Shown: one piece after another, positions 9,736 through 20,940 of the stretch
Layout of the letters: each line of letters begins with the position of its first letter
Position numbering within the stretch: the first letter of the stretch is position 1
Source: Thraustochytrium aureum
Taxonomy: Eukaryota
NCBI GenBank assembly: GCA_012862495.1
Contig: BLSG01000037.1
Coordinates: forward strand, 46,721-95,406
Reading direction: 5' to 3'
DNA: 48,686 bases
Notes under the pieces: generated by a model
What the model was told of the DNA's origin: nothing
What the model saw: the letters and a program-made list of their open reading frames with translations, nothing else
The model's database searches: none
Position numbers and translations under genes: made by a program

Positions 9736-10001
9736 CCTTGGGAGATCCTGATTAGTGCTCTCTAGCTAGAGTAGCTAGTTGCTCTTTTCGACCCGGATTT
9801 GCGTTTTGCGCCGCCAACGCGAAACAGCCGCACCAAGCATGGTCCGCACCTGCAGCACAGCCGAACGAAACTAGACCTTGTTGTCCCCCCCCCGTCTCGC
9901 GCTCTTTTAGGCTAAAAAAAAAAGAAAGAAAATTGTAGAGTATCATGACTTGCTCTGGCGCTCCATCCAGCCCAGGCTGTGGCTGGGCCGCCCAACCCTG
10001 G

Positions 10002-10652
10002 TCAGAGGCCTTCAAGCAGGCGTGGACAGTTGAAGAGGTAGTGGCCTTGCTCGCCGCATGTCCTGCACATCTTGATGTGGTCTGCAGACGGATCCTTCGG
10101 CTCGAGCTTGCCGTCCTCATAAGCCGAGCAGACGCGCTCCTCGTGGCACATCCCGGACTTGGCCCCGAACCGCGTGTCGTGGTCAAACGTCTCGGGGATC
10201 TCAAAGTTGTCGCGAACGAACTGGTATACCTTGCAGTTGTTCGGATTGCCGTTGAAGAGCTCGCGCGGGCTCTTGCCAAACTGGACCTTCAAGGTGTCTT
10301 CGCTGACGCCCCGCGGCTCGTAGTGCACAGTTTGAAACGTTGCGAACGGCATGGTGTCCGCACTACGGTCCTTGGCTTCCAGCCGAGCCAGCTCCTTCCG
10401 GTACTTGAAGCTCTCAATGTCCACCTTGGGTTCCTCGGCTGCCGGCCGAGAAGCGACGGTCTCCTCGCGCGGGGCCTCGCGTTTGGGGTCCTTGCTCGGT
10501 GCAACCACCACCTGGCTGGCTGGTTTCGGAGCCGCAAGGACAGGCTTGCGCGCCGTGGGCGCCGCTGCTGCCTTGCCGGGAGCGGGCGTGGTCCGCCCGT
10601 GCTTGGTCTTGCGGACATTAAACATGTCGGTGATTCTGTTGCGCTTGGACAT
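10002..10652 (-). CDS. DNA polymerase delta subunit 4 (p12/Cdm1)-like protein with C-terminal CCHC zinc knuckle
   Basis: N-terminal KRNRITDMFNVRK resembles the p12 PIP box/degron. FDHDTRFGAKSGMCHEERVCSAYEDG resembles the p12 core FDxxxxYGPxxGxxRxxR. CRTCGEQGHYLFNC fits CX2CX4HX4C. Confidence 0.6.
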   Translation of the reverse strand: MSKRNRITDMFNVRKTKHGRTTPAPGKAAAAPTARKPVLAAPKPASQVVVAPSKDPKREAPREETVASRPAAEEPKVDIESFKYRKELARLEAKDRSADTMPFATFQTVHYEPRGVSEDTLKVQFGKSPRELFNGNPNNCKVYQFVRDNFEIPETFDHDTRFGAKSGMCHEERVCSAYEDGKLEPKDPSADHIKMCRTCGEQGHYLFNCPRLLEGL

Positions 10653-11193
10653 CGTGCGTCACTGGCGGCGCAGGGCGCTGGCCTTGCACTGCGTGCTTGT
10701 TTTCCGCAAAGTGTCGCTGAAGAGCTGATGCGCGAGCGCCTGCCCCACGCCGCCGGGCAAAGTCCGCAGCTGGCGCTTCACTCGGGAACAGCAAAGCACC
10801 CGCGAGAGGCTGGACGAGGCTCTAGCGGCGCGCTCTGTCTCCTGCGGCAGTTGCTTGCAACCCTGCAGTGTTCTAGCTAGTGCCGATCTTGTCCGGCAAA
10901 CCCCTCCACGAGGCGGGCGCGCAGGGCAGCGGCAAGCGCAGCAATCGATTCCTCTACCTCGGGCGCGTCGATCCTACAGCGCGATTTCCGGCGTGCGCGT
11001 GCCAGGCTCGGGCTCCGGGCTGCAGCGAGCAAGGCCGACTGCCAACCTGCTCAGCAGCAACTCGGTTACTCTCCACGATGGCGCGTCCAACCTTCGCGCA
11101 TCAAACGACTTACGTCAGCGCAAGTGGTCGATCGATCGACCCCACGCGACAATCAAACACCTGTTCTGAGGTCCGTCGTCGCCGTTGTCTGCG

Positions 11194-12277
11194 ATGCAGC
11201 GCGGCGGCGTGGTCGACCTGACCGATGACGGCGCCGCTGAGGACGGCGCGGCAGAGAAGATCGAGGCTGGACCCAAGCNNNNNNNNNNNNNNNNNNNNNN
11301 NNNNNNNNNNNNNNNNNNNNNNNNNNNNNNNNNNNNNNNNNNNNNNNNNNNNNNNNNNNNNNNNNNNNNNNNNNNNNNNNNNNNNNNNNNNNNNNNNNNN
11401 NNNNNNNNNNNNNNNNNNNNNNNNNNNNNNNNNNNNNNNNNNNNNNNNNNNNNNNNNNNNNNNNNNNNNNNNNNNNNNNNNNNNNNNNNNNNNNNNNNNN
11501 NNNNNNNNNNNNNNNNNNNNNNNNNNNNNNNNNNNNNNNNNNNNNNNNNNNNNNNNNNNNNNNNNNNNNNNNNNNNNNNNNNNNNNNNNNNNNNNNNNNN
11601 NNNNNNNNNNNNNNNNNNNNNNNNNNNNNNNNNNNNNNNNNNNNNNNNNNNNNNNNNNNNNNNNNNNNNNNNNNNNNNNNNNNNNNNNNNNNNNNNNNNN
11701 NNNNNNNNNNNNNNNNNNNNNNNNNNNNNNNNNNNNNNNNNNNNNNNNNNNNNNNNNNNNNNNNNNNNNNNNNNNNNNNNNNNNNNNNNNNNNNNNGGGC
11801 GAAGAAGCCTACGACTTGGTCGTTGGCGACTTGCTTGACCTCCCACGGACAATTCCTGGGTGCTTCATTGCGCACCAGTGCAACTGTGTGACGAAGGGCG
11901 CGGGCGGGATCGCGCGGGCCATCTTTAGCAAGTACCCGGCGAGCAACACGTACAAGGCGCGGCAGTTTGGCCGAAGCAGTGACGTGCCGGGCACGGTTCG
12001 CGTGTTTGACCCTGTCGTCAACCTCTACGGGCAGCGAGGGCCGGGGAAGCCAAGGTCGGGCGAATCGAGCGAGGATCGGTATCGTTGGCTCGCCAAGAGC
12101 CTGGACGATCTCGTCACCAACCACACGGAGGTCAAGACGGTTGCCTTCCCATACGGCATCGGTTGCGGCCTGGCTGGAGGCGACTGGAGACGCGTTGAAA
12201 GCATTCTCGCAGGATTTTCCCGCCGCATGCAGCAACATGGGCGCCGTGTCATTCTTGTCAAGCTCCCAGGCGCGTGA
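11194..12277 (+). CDS. Macrodomain protein, Poa1p/TARG1(OARD1)-like ADP-ribose-processing enzyme; middle is in a gap
   Basis: GDLL...FIAHQCNC..KGAGGIARAIFSKYP...VVNLYGQ...VAFPYGIGCGLAGGDW. The putative start is MQRGGVVDLTDD before the gap; linking it to the 3' part is inferred. Confidence 0.85.
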
Positions 12278-12357
12278 GCGGCAGCCTAGCCTCAGATGTG
12301 TACAAACCCCACAAAATAGTATTGCCTCTCGAGGGCGCGAGTCCGGTCCAGGTCTTC

Positions 12358-12445
12358 CTTTCGCGGGTGTCTCCCGCTGGAAAGCCTCTTGATCTAGCTT
12401 GCTTTCGCGGGTATCTCCCGCTGAAAAGCCTCTTGAGGTAGCTTG
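12358..12445. repeat. Two tandem 44-nt copies, each with a GCGGG-N5-CCCGC mini-hairpin
   Basis: tcgcgggt(g/a)tctcccgctg(g/a)aaagcctcttga at 12361 and 12405. Confidence 0.8.
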
Positions 12446-12907
12446 GAATCGCTCGCTGGGCTCGGCCTCCGACGACACGCACAACCAGAAGCGCTCACAC
12501 AGGGCCCGCATACCGCGCAGGCCGACGCTGCAAAGCAACAAAACAAGCGCCTGTCACGCAGGCTCGAGGCACCGTACGCTCGGCCAGGTCCAGCGCCATA
12601 GCGTTGCTGCAGCGTCTCGAAGGCCTGGACTGCGAGGTCCCCAACATGATTAGCCTATTCAATGTCTCCTTGAGCCGCCCGAGTTTGGTGGACATACTGT
12701 ACGCGCACAGGCAGGCCGGCAGAGCCCCAGCCACTCTCGGCGCCGCAGCGCTCACAAGCTCTCGCGCACTGTTGGGGCAGTAGCGCGGCTGCACTGCGCC
12801 AGGGCCGACGACAGCGCAGCGCGGCGGGGGATCCCGAGGCAGGCTAGCGGATTACGAAGCGCTGACAAGCGGGCGGCGGAGGCAGGGCCACTCCGGCGAC
12901 CAGCAAG

Positions 12908-14290
12908 ATGGGGATCCTCGAGCGGATTCAGGCGATTGAGCTGGAGATGTCGCGGACGCAGAAGAACAAGGCGACCATGTCGCACTTGTGCAAGCTCAAG
13001 TCGCAGCTCGCAAAGCTTCGGTCGGAGCTGCTGGACCCGGCGAAGGGGACCGCAGGAGGCGCGGGCGAAGGCTTTGAGGTCTCAAAAACAGGCGCTGCGC
13101 GAGTGGCCTTGGTACGTTTGCGCGCTGACGTGTGGCTTGCTGGTGTTGTTTGTGTTGCGCTGACTTGCGCGACAACCCAGATTGGGTTTCCGAGTGTGGG
13201 CAAGTCGACGCTCCTGAGCGAGCTCACCGACACCGAGTCGGAGCAAGCGAGCTTTGAGTTCACCACGCTCACGGCCATCCCAGGCAACATCTTTTACAAG
13301 GGGACCAAGATCCAGCTTCTCGATTTGGTAAGTCGGCGGCCGAAGCCGAACCTCGGCGCTTTTAAAGCGCCACGCCCGCGGCTGGCCCGCTGACTCGCGC
13401 TTTTGCCTTCGTAGCCCGGCATCATCGAGGGCGCCGCACATGGCAAGGGCCGCGGCAGGCAGGTCATCGCGTGCGCCAAGTCGGCCGACTTGGTCTTGAT
13501 TGTCCTGGACGCTGCCAAAGAGCACCTGAAAAACCACCGCGAGATCCTGGAGCGCGAACTGGAAGTCACGGGAATCCGACTGAACAAAAAGCCCGCGGAT
13601 GTCTACTTCAAGAAGAAAAAGGACGGCGGCGTCAAGTTCAACAGCGGCGGTATCCAGCTGACCCAGTTTGGCGACGACCCGGAGAAGACGGTCAAGACCA
13701 TCCTGGCCGAGTACAAGATCCACAATGCGGAGGTGCTCTTTCGCGAGGACTGCTCGCCGGACGACTTTATCGACCTCGTGCAGGGCAACCGCACCTACGT
13801 GCGCTGCCTGTACGTGTACAACAAGTGCGACCTGCTCAGCCTCGAGGAGGTGGACGACCTTGCGCGCCGCGAGCACTCCCTTGTCATCTCGTGCAACCTC
13901 AAGCTCAACTATGACTTCCTGCTGGAGCGCATCTGGGTGTACCTGGGTCTCGTGCGCATCTACACGAAAAAGCGCGGCGCGCCGCCCGACTTTGAGGAGC
14001 CCGTCGTGCTCACAAGTTTCCGCCACGGCACGACCGTCGAGTCTGCCTGCCGCCAAGTCCACAGGTCGCTCATCGACGACTTTCACTTCGCCTACGTGTG
14101 GGGGATCAGCACCAAGCACAACCCGCAGTGCGTTGGCCTCAGTCACCAGCTCGAGGACGAGGACGTCCTGCAAATCGTGAAAAAGACCAACACGCAGCTC
14201 AAACGCGACAAGAACTACAACCAGCGCGTGCAAGCCCACTTCGACGCACAAAAGGCCAAGAAGAAGAACAAGGGCAAGCTCAGGACGTGA
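12908..14290 (+). CDS. DRG2: Developmentally regulated GTP-binding protein 2 (DRG2/Rbg2), 3 exons: 12908-13111, 13181-13327, 13415-14290
   Basis: [12 protein letters not shown]1 [32 protein letters not shown] after splicing; NKCD; C-terminal TGS domain. Introns are GTACGT..CAG (69 nt) and GTAAGT..TAG (87 nt). Confidence 0.95.
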
Positions 14291-14980
14291 GCGCGCCGCG
14301 ACGCCCAGCGCGCAAAGCCGCCCGACCTGCGCCAATAAACAACCTCAGCAGAGTAGGGTAGGCTAAACCACTCCCTCTTTCACTCCCCACTTGCCCGCAT
14401 CAGCCGCAGGCGCTGCTCGTCGATGCCACGAGCCCTCCGCAGCCAGGCAGGCAGGCTGCCTGGCCTGCAGCTTGGCTGGCAGGCCGGCACACGGCGAGCT
14501 TGGCGTGGAGGACATTGCATAGTACTCAGAGTACATGCAAGGCGAAGAGATTGGTCAATCGACCGTCAAGATACAAGCGAGCAGCAGACCCTCAACACCG
14601 CACCGCAGCAGGCAGCGAGCGGCGCAGGCGGCGGCTGCGCGATAGGCTGGCACGACCACGTAGACCAGTGCTGCGCGAGCGCGCACGGTTGCTCGGTTGA
14701 GTGCGTGAGTCNNNNNNNNNNNNNNNNNNNNNNNNNNNNNNNNNNNNNNNNNNNNNNNNNNNNNNNNNNNNNNNNNNNNNNNNNNNNNNNNNNNNNNNNN
14801 NNNNNNNNNNNNNNNNNNNNNNNNNNNNNNNNNNNNNNNNNNNNNNNNNNNNNNNNNNNNNNNNNNNNNNNNNNNNNNNNNNNNNNNNNNNNNNNNNNNN
14901 NNNNNNNNNNNNNNNNNNNNNNNNNNNNNNNNNNNNNNNNNNNNNNNNNNCGGTGGCTATCGACGAGTGGTGCGCCGAGG

Positions 14981-17900
14981 ATGGCGGACAATGACGAAGA
15001 GAAGCTCGACCTGCAGACTGTACTGAGCGCGAGGCTTTGGGACCAGCTTGTCGCGGGCTTTCGCAGCGGCGTAGTCTCGCTGACCGGCCGGGAGTTCAGG
15101 CTCACTAGCCTGGAGGGGATCGACACGTTTGCGCAAGACTCTGGCGTCAAGCCGGAGGAGATTTACGTCCAGCACAACCACCTCGAGTCGCTGCATGAGC
15201 TGCGCGAGTTTGCGCTCCGCAAGATAGATGCGTCGCACAACCATATCCACCAGCTGTGCGGAAGGACGCACGGCAACGCCTGGCCGCGGCGAATGGCATC
15301 GCTCGTCGAGCTGCGGCTCTCGTTCAACAAGCTCACCGCGATTCCCGACCTGTCCAACATGCCCAACATCAGGATTCTCGCGCTCGACCACAACGAGATC
15401 AACGTGGGGTCGTTCAGCGCGCTGGCGAAAGGAAAAGCTCTCGAGCACCTCGACCTCGGCGACAACGAGCTCGACTGGCCGAGCGACGGGGCGTTTGCGA
15501 GAGACGCAACAGTTTTCGCGGCGCTTGGCAAGCTGCGCCGGGTCAAGCTTGCTGGCAACCCGCTCGTCGACCGTGTGCAGGACTACGCCTTCATTTTGCT
15601 TGCTCATATTAGGGCCAAGCGCAAGCTTGGCTCGCGCTCCATCGAAGCTATCGACAACTTTGTTGTCGACCGAAATATGAAGGACCGCGCCGACGCCATG
15701 AGGCGAAAGATGCCGCAAGACACCGCCGCTGCGGCCGAGCCGCAAGAGTTGCCGACCTCTCCGGAGGAGGACGGCAAAGGCGCGCATCTACGCAATGCCT
15801 CAGGCGGTGCGCCCCAGCAGGACGACAAGAGTGGTGGCGCACTCGTCCGCAAAGGCGACACCCAAGGCGCTGTTGGACCCGCCTCGACAACCGCGATACT
15901 TGCAAGCGTGTCCGGCCTGCTCCCCACCGTGCTCGCGCTCAATGACAGCCTCGAAGAGTGCTTCACCCATCCGGCGCAGTGCATCCGCATCTTGGGCGAG
16001 ATGACCCGCGACGTGCACAGCATCTTGGACCGTCCGCAGGACCACAAGTACCTTTTCGAGTTTGACTCGGAGCAGCCTGTAGAACTCGTGATTGGCGAGT
16101 TTCTGCAAAACCTGGTCCTCCTCTCCGAGCGGCAACCTCAAGTTGTCCAGCTCCTGCTGCGCCTTCTCGTCTACCTCTCCACAGTGGGCGAGCATAGCCT
16201 GGGCCCGCGCTGTGTACAGCAACTCCGAGACCTCATGGGGGGCGGCGAAGCGCAGGCCGTCGAGGTGATCGCCGTCGTGAACGACTACATGGTGCCCTTG
16301 CTCGACCGCACCAGCGACCCGATTGCACTCGAGCTTATCACGCAAAACTTGGTCGACCTCGCAAGCTCGCCCAACATCCCCGACGGCCTTCAGCAGTCGC
16401 CGCTCGACAATGCAATCCCGTACATTGTCGCAAACTTGTTGCGGGCGCATGGAGCACCGCCCTCGGACGGTGTCGTGAAGCTGGCCGCTGTGGCGACGGG
16501 CAACCGCCGCCTCGCGCGCGTGCTCGGATCCCAGCGCGTGGCGCCCAGCGTATGCCAGGAGCTGCTCGAGGCGCAGGTCAGCACGGGCCGGTACCGGGCG
16601 CTCCTCCTGCTCACTAAAAACCTGGCCCAGTTCGACGTATCGCGAATCGCACCTCGCCTGGCGGACAGCGACGACAGAGCGGTCTTGGACGCCGCCGAAG
16701 GCACCGAAGGCGACCGCGAGGAGGGGGAAGGAGACGACGAGTCGGAAGAGTCGGAGGAAGAGGACGACGCAGCCACCGCTGCGCAGCAGTGGCAAAGCGC
16801 ACCGGGAGGACGCGACCCTTTCGACCCGGGAGCCAGCACGCTCGAAGAGGCCGGCGACGCGATTGATCTTCGCACAGACGACAGAGCGACCCTCGACTTT
16901 CGCTCAGCGCGGGCATTCGCAAAGGTTGGCGCTCACCGCGAAATCTTAAAGAACCTGCGTACCTTGGTCGACGAGAAAGAGCGCAGCGCTGGTCATGGGG
17001 CGGCAGACGCGCTTATCCGCGAGTCGCTCTTGTGCCTCGCCGCGCTCTCGTTCGCCAAGGCGGCATTCGTGGACTTGATGGACAGCCGGCTCGGGTACTT
17101 TGCGCTTGTCATCCAGCTNNNNNNNNNNNNNNNNNNNNNNNNNNNNNNNNNNNNNNNNNNNNNNNNNNNNNNNNNNNNNNNNNNNNNNNNNNNNNNNNNN
17201 NNNNNNNNNNNNNNNNNNNNNNNNNNNNNNNNNNNNNNNNNNNNNNNNNNNNNNNNNNNNNNNNNNNNNNNNNNNNNNNNNNNNNNNNNNNNNNNNNNNN
17301 NNNNNNNNNNNNNNNNNNNNNNNNNNNNNNNNNNNNNNNNNNNNNNNNNNNNNNNNNNNNNNNNNNNNNNNNNNNNNNNNNNNNNNNNNNNNNNNNNNNN
17401 NNNNNNNNNNNNNNNNNNNNNNNNNNNNNNNNNNNNNNNNNNNNNNNNNNNNNNNNNNNNNNNNNNNNNNNNNNNNNNNNNNNNNNNNNNNNNNNNNNNN
17501 NNNNNNNNNNNNNNNNNNNNNNNNNNNNNNNNNNNNNNNNNNNNNNNNNNNNNNNNNNNNNNNNNNNNNNNNNNNNNNNNNNNNNNNNNNNNNNNNNNNN
17601 NNNNNNNNNNNNNNNNNNNNNNNNNNNNNNNNNNNNNNNNNNNNNNNNNNNNNNNNNNNNNNNNNNNNNNNNNNNNNNNNNNNNNNNNNNNNNNNNNNNN
17701 NNNNNNNNNNNNNNNNNNNNNNNNNNNNNNNNNNNNNNNNNNNNNNNNNNNNNNNNNNNNNNNNNNNNNNNNNNNNNNNNNNNNNNNNNNNNNNNNNNNN
17801 NNNNNNNNNNNNNNNNNNNNNNNNNNNNNNNNNNNNNNNNNNNNNNNNNNNNNNNNNNNNNNNNNNNNNNNNNNNNNNNNNNNNNNNNNNNNNNNNNNNN

Positions 17901-20835
17901 NNNNNNNNNNNNNNNNNNNNNNNNNNNNNNNNNNNNNNNNNNNNNNNNNNNNNNNNNNNNNNNNNNNNCCATCTCGCAGCTCCTGTCCCGGTTCTCTGTT
18001 GTCGACGCTCGCGAGGTGCTCGAGAACGTCCTGCAGCGCGCCGAGGCCACCCAGAGCGCTCTCGAGCAGCGCGCGGTCGCCAAGCGTGGCAATGGTGGCG
18101 GGACGACTGGGCGAGGCGGAAACACTGTGGTTGGGCGCGAGCTCTTGCTGCGCTACTTTATGCAAGAGACGCTTGATGAGGCAGGGGCACCAACAAGCGC
18201 TACTCGCGACGTGCCGGCAGGAGGCTATGGCATTGGCGGCGGCGGCGGCGGCGATGACGAGGGGGCTGGGGAAACAAATGAGGAAGCGTACCCCGAGGCC
18301 GACACCGTCATGTTTGCGCCAAATGCGGCGGCACAGTATCGCCGCGAATCGGAAGTGACAGAGACGATTGTTGCTGGCCTGCGCGTCATCCTGGCGCTCT
18401 TCCGCTTTGGGAGCCCCGAAACGACCGAGGCGGCAAAGCGGACGCTGCGCATGCCGACCAAGCTACGCATCCTGGCCTGCGTCTGCACTGGGCCCGCCTC
18501 AAGCCCAATCTGGCCGCGCTCTCTCATCGGTGCCAAATTTATGGCGCTCTGCTACGAGCTTTGCCTGATGCCGGGCTTGCGCCGCGAAGAGGCACTCGAA
18601 ATGCTCCCCGTTTACTCGATCGTGAGCATGGTGGGGCGGCGGATCATTTCGACGCTCCGCTTCTTTGCCGAGTCCAACTCGCTCACCGAAGTCGACCTCA
18701 TCACCGCATTGCACACGACGCGCACACTCGCACTGGTGGCAGCGCAGTTGCGGTTCCTGCGAATGCCCGACCCTGCCAAAGCCGCTTCGAGCGACAGGCG
18801 GCGGCTTGGCCTTGAGACGGTCTGCAAGCTGCTCCTGCCGTTCGAGAGTGCCGTGAAAGGCTCAATTGCGCTCCTGATCGCCTGCTCGCGCGGCAACTCG
18901 ACCCCCCGCGCCCCGCGCGACATGGCTGTTGTCGAGAGCTGCATTCGCGAGCATGTTACCCAGTTCCTCGTCTCCACCTTTAGTCTGAGCTCCGCGTCAC
19001 GTTATGAAGTCCTGGAAGAGCTCGTTCGGACGCAGATCCACGACAAGGCGGCGCTTCGAGCCACGTTTATCCAGGAACTCCTCAACCGCGTTGCCCTCGC
19101 AGCTTTCGAGGACAGGCTCCGCACTTTCATGTACCGCGCTGGCCACTTTGGCCTCCAAGGCCACGCAGCGGCCACAGCAGTGCAGGCAGCCAACGGGACG
19201 GACGTCGCTCACGGAGACGACGCGCTGGACGCGTTTGCGCCTCCGACGGACGCCTTTGGTGCAAATGCGGGCAAGGCTTTGACTGTACGCAAGCCGCAGA
19301 AGCCGGCCCCGTCTGGTTTCTTTTCCTTTTGCGCAGCGCCGAGGGCGGGCAAGCGCGCCCCGGCGGCCGCTGCACAGCTCGACACGGCCGCTTTCCTGTC
19401 GGCGCAGCTCGCAGGTGCCGAGCCTCCGCGCAAGGAGTGGCTCGGCGACCCGCCCGCAACGCTCTCCTACAAGGCACTTGCCGCAAGTGGCAAAGGGCAG
19501 GCCGAAAGGCAAGGCTGGGAGTACGACCGGATTGGCACGGAGCGGGTGCTTTGCTCTGCTTTTGCCGACACGTTTGCGTCAGGGACGAAAGCCGAGCGCT
19601 GCTTGGTCGTGCTCACCTCTGAGGCGTACTACATGTACGAGGAGCCAGAGCCAGGCGCTGGATGGCAGGTGCTCTACAGCGCAGACTCGAACCGCAGCGA
19701 GGACGATCTTTACACCAATCCGGTGCTCTTTGCCAGCCCGGCGATGCTGCAACGCGAAGACCTCGCGCCTCGACTGGTCTGGCGCCGCCCCTATCGGGCA
19801 ATCGAGCGGGCCGTGGTTGGGCTGTATGGCGAGCGGCTTCACCTTTCCCATCGCAGCTCCGACTTGCCGGGCAAGAGCACGCCGACAACGCTGACTCTTG
19901 TGACCTACGTGTCTGGCGTCGCTGCGCGGCTCCATGCAACAATAATGCAGATGTGCCGTGAGTGGGCTGCCGTGGAGGCTTGCCTTGGCGTTGAGGCCGC
20001 CAATATCCGCGTCCCCGCAGTGGAGGCTGATCTCCCCCTGTCAAGCGCTTTGCAGAGTGCGATCAAGCATATCGAGGCCAAGAGCGGGGAGAGCGCGATT
20101 CAAAGTGTTTTTGCTGGCCGCGGGCCGCTTGGCGACGCCTTCGGTCCCCGAGCGGGCCCCTCGGGCCTGGCCGACGACACTCGCGGAGATGGCTGGAAAG
20201 GCGTGTCGAGCGTTCGCGAGCAGCTGCAGGGCGTTGCGGTGGGCCGCCACTTGTCTGTCGCGCCCTGCTCCTCCCTTTTCAACGTGCTGGACGGCGTCTT
20301 GTTCTCCCAGGTGCTGCTTGTGCTCCGGGACGGATCAATGGTCCCGCGCTGCATCGTTGCTACATCGAAGCACTTTAGCATCATCGAAGTGCACTGGGAG
20401 CACTGGACTTTCCCGACGGACTTTGGCGCCGAGCGCAAAGCATTCCTGGCCTCGCTTGACTCTGGCGGGATCGGGACCCAAGCGGATGATGCGAGCGCGC
20501 GAGCTAGGATGGTAGCGTCGATGAATGCCCACATGGAGACGAGAGTAGAGCGAGAGGCGATGCAGCGGCGCAAGATCCTTGTCGTCGACGGTGGGAACCG
20601 CAACACGCACTCGCTCTTGGACCTGAACGAGGTACTTGTGGACAGAGGCGAGAGCCCGGTGTTCACCTTGGGATTTGGCAAACTTGCGACGAGGAACGCG
20701 ACGCCAGCTGCTTCTCGTACCCCCGCATCTCTCCAGAGTCAGTCGCGAACCTACTATGAGTTGGTCATGTATGATCACAGCACGCGCGAGACGTGGCTGC
20801 GCCGTTTGCTGCCCATGCTGGCGCCAACCGCATAG
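14981..20835 (+). CDS. Large LRR protein: N-terminal SDS22/U2A'-type LRRs with LRRcap, helical-repeat middle, possible PH-like C-terminal folds; gap 17119-17968
   Basis: LRKIDASHNHI, LVELRLSFNKL, IRILALDHNEI, LEHLDLGDNEL, LRRVKLAGNPL..DY cap. Long protein-like ORFs on both sides of the gap are assumed to be one gene. Confidence 0.75.
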
Positions 20836-20940
20836 GGGCCCTATCTCGTCTGGCGCCTCTTTGTGGCGCCAGGACTCGACTGATAGATGTTGTTGGTGCG
20901 GAATGGGAAGTAAAAATCGATCTATGAAACTCTAGCTCTA

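Noticed and set aside
10010..10075. CCHC knuckle as a retrotransposon Gag remnant
   Set aside because: No capsid, protease, RT, integrase or LTRs nearby; it lies in a short cellular-looking ORF.
4379..12277. A prokaryote-style defence operon or recent HGT island
   Set aside because: The genes are on mixed strands, interleaved with a eukaryotic ER gene, and show no mobility genes or obvious compositional break.
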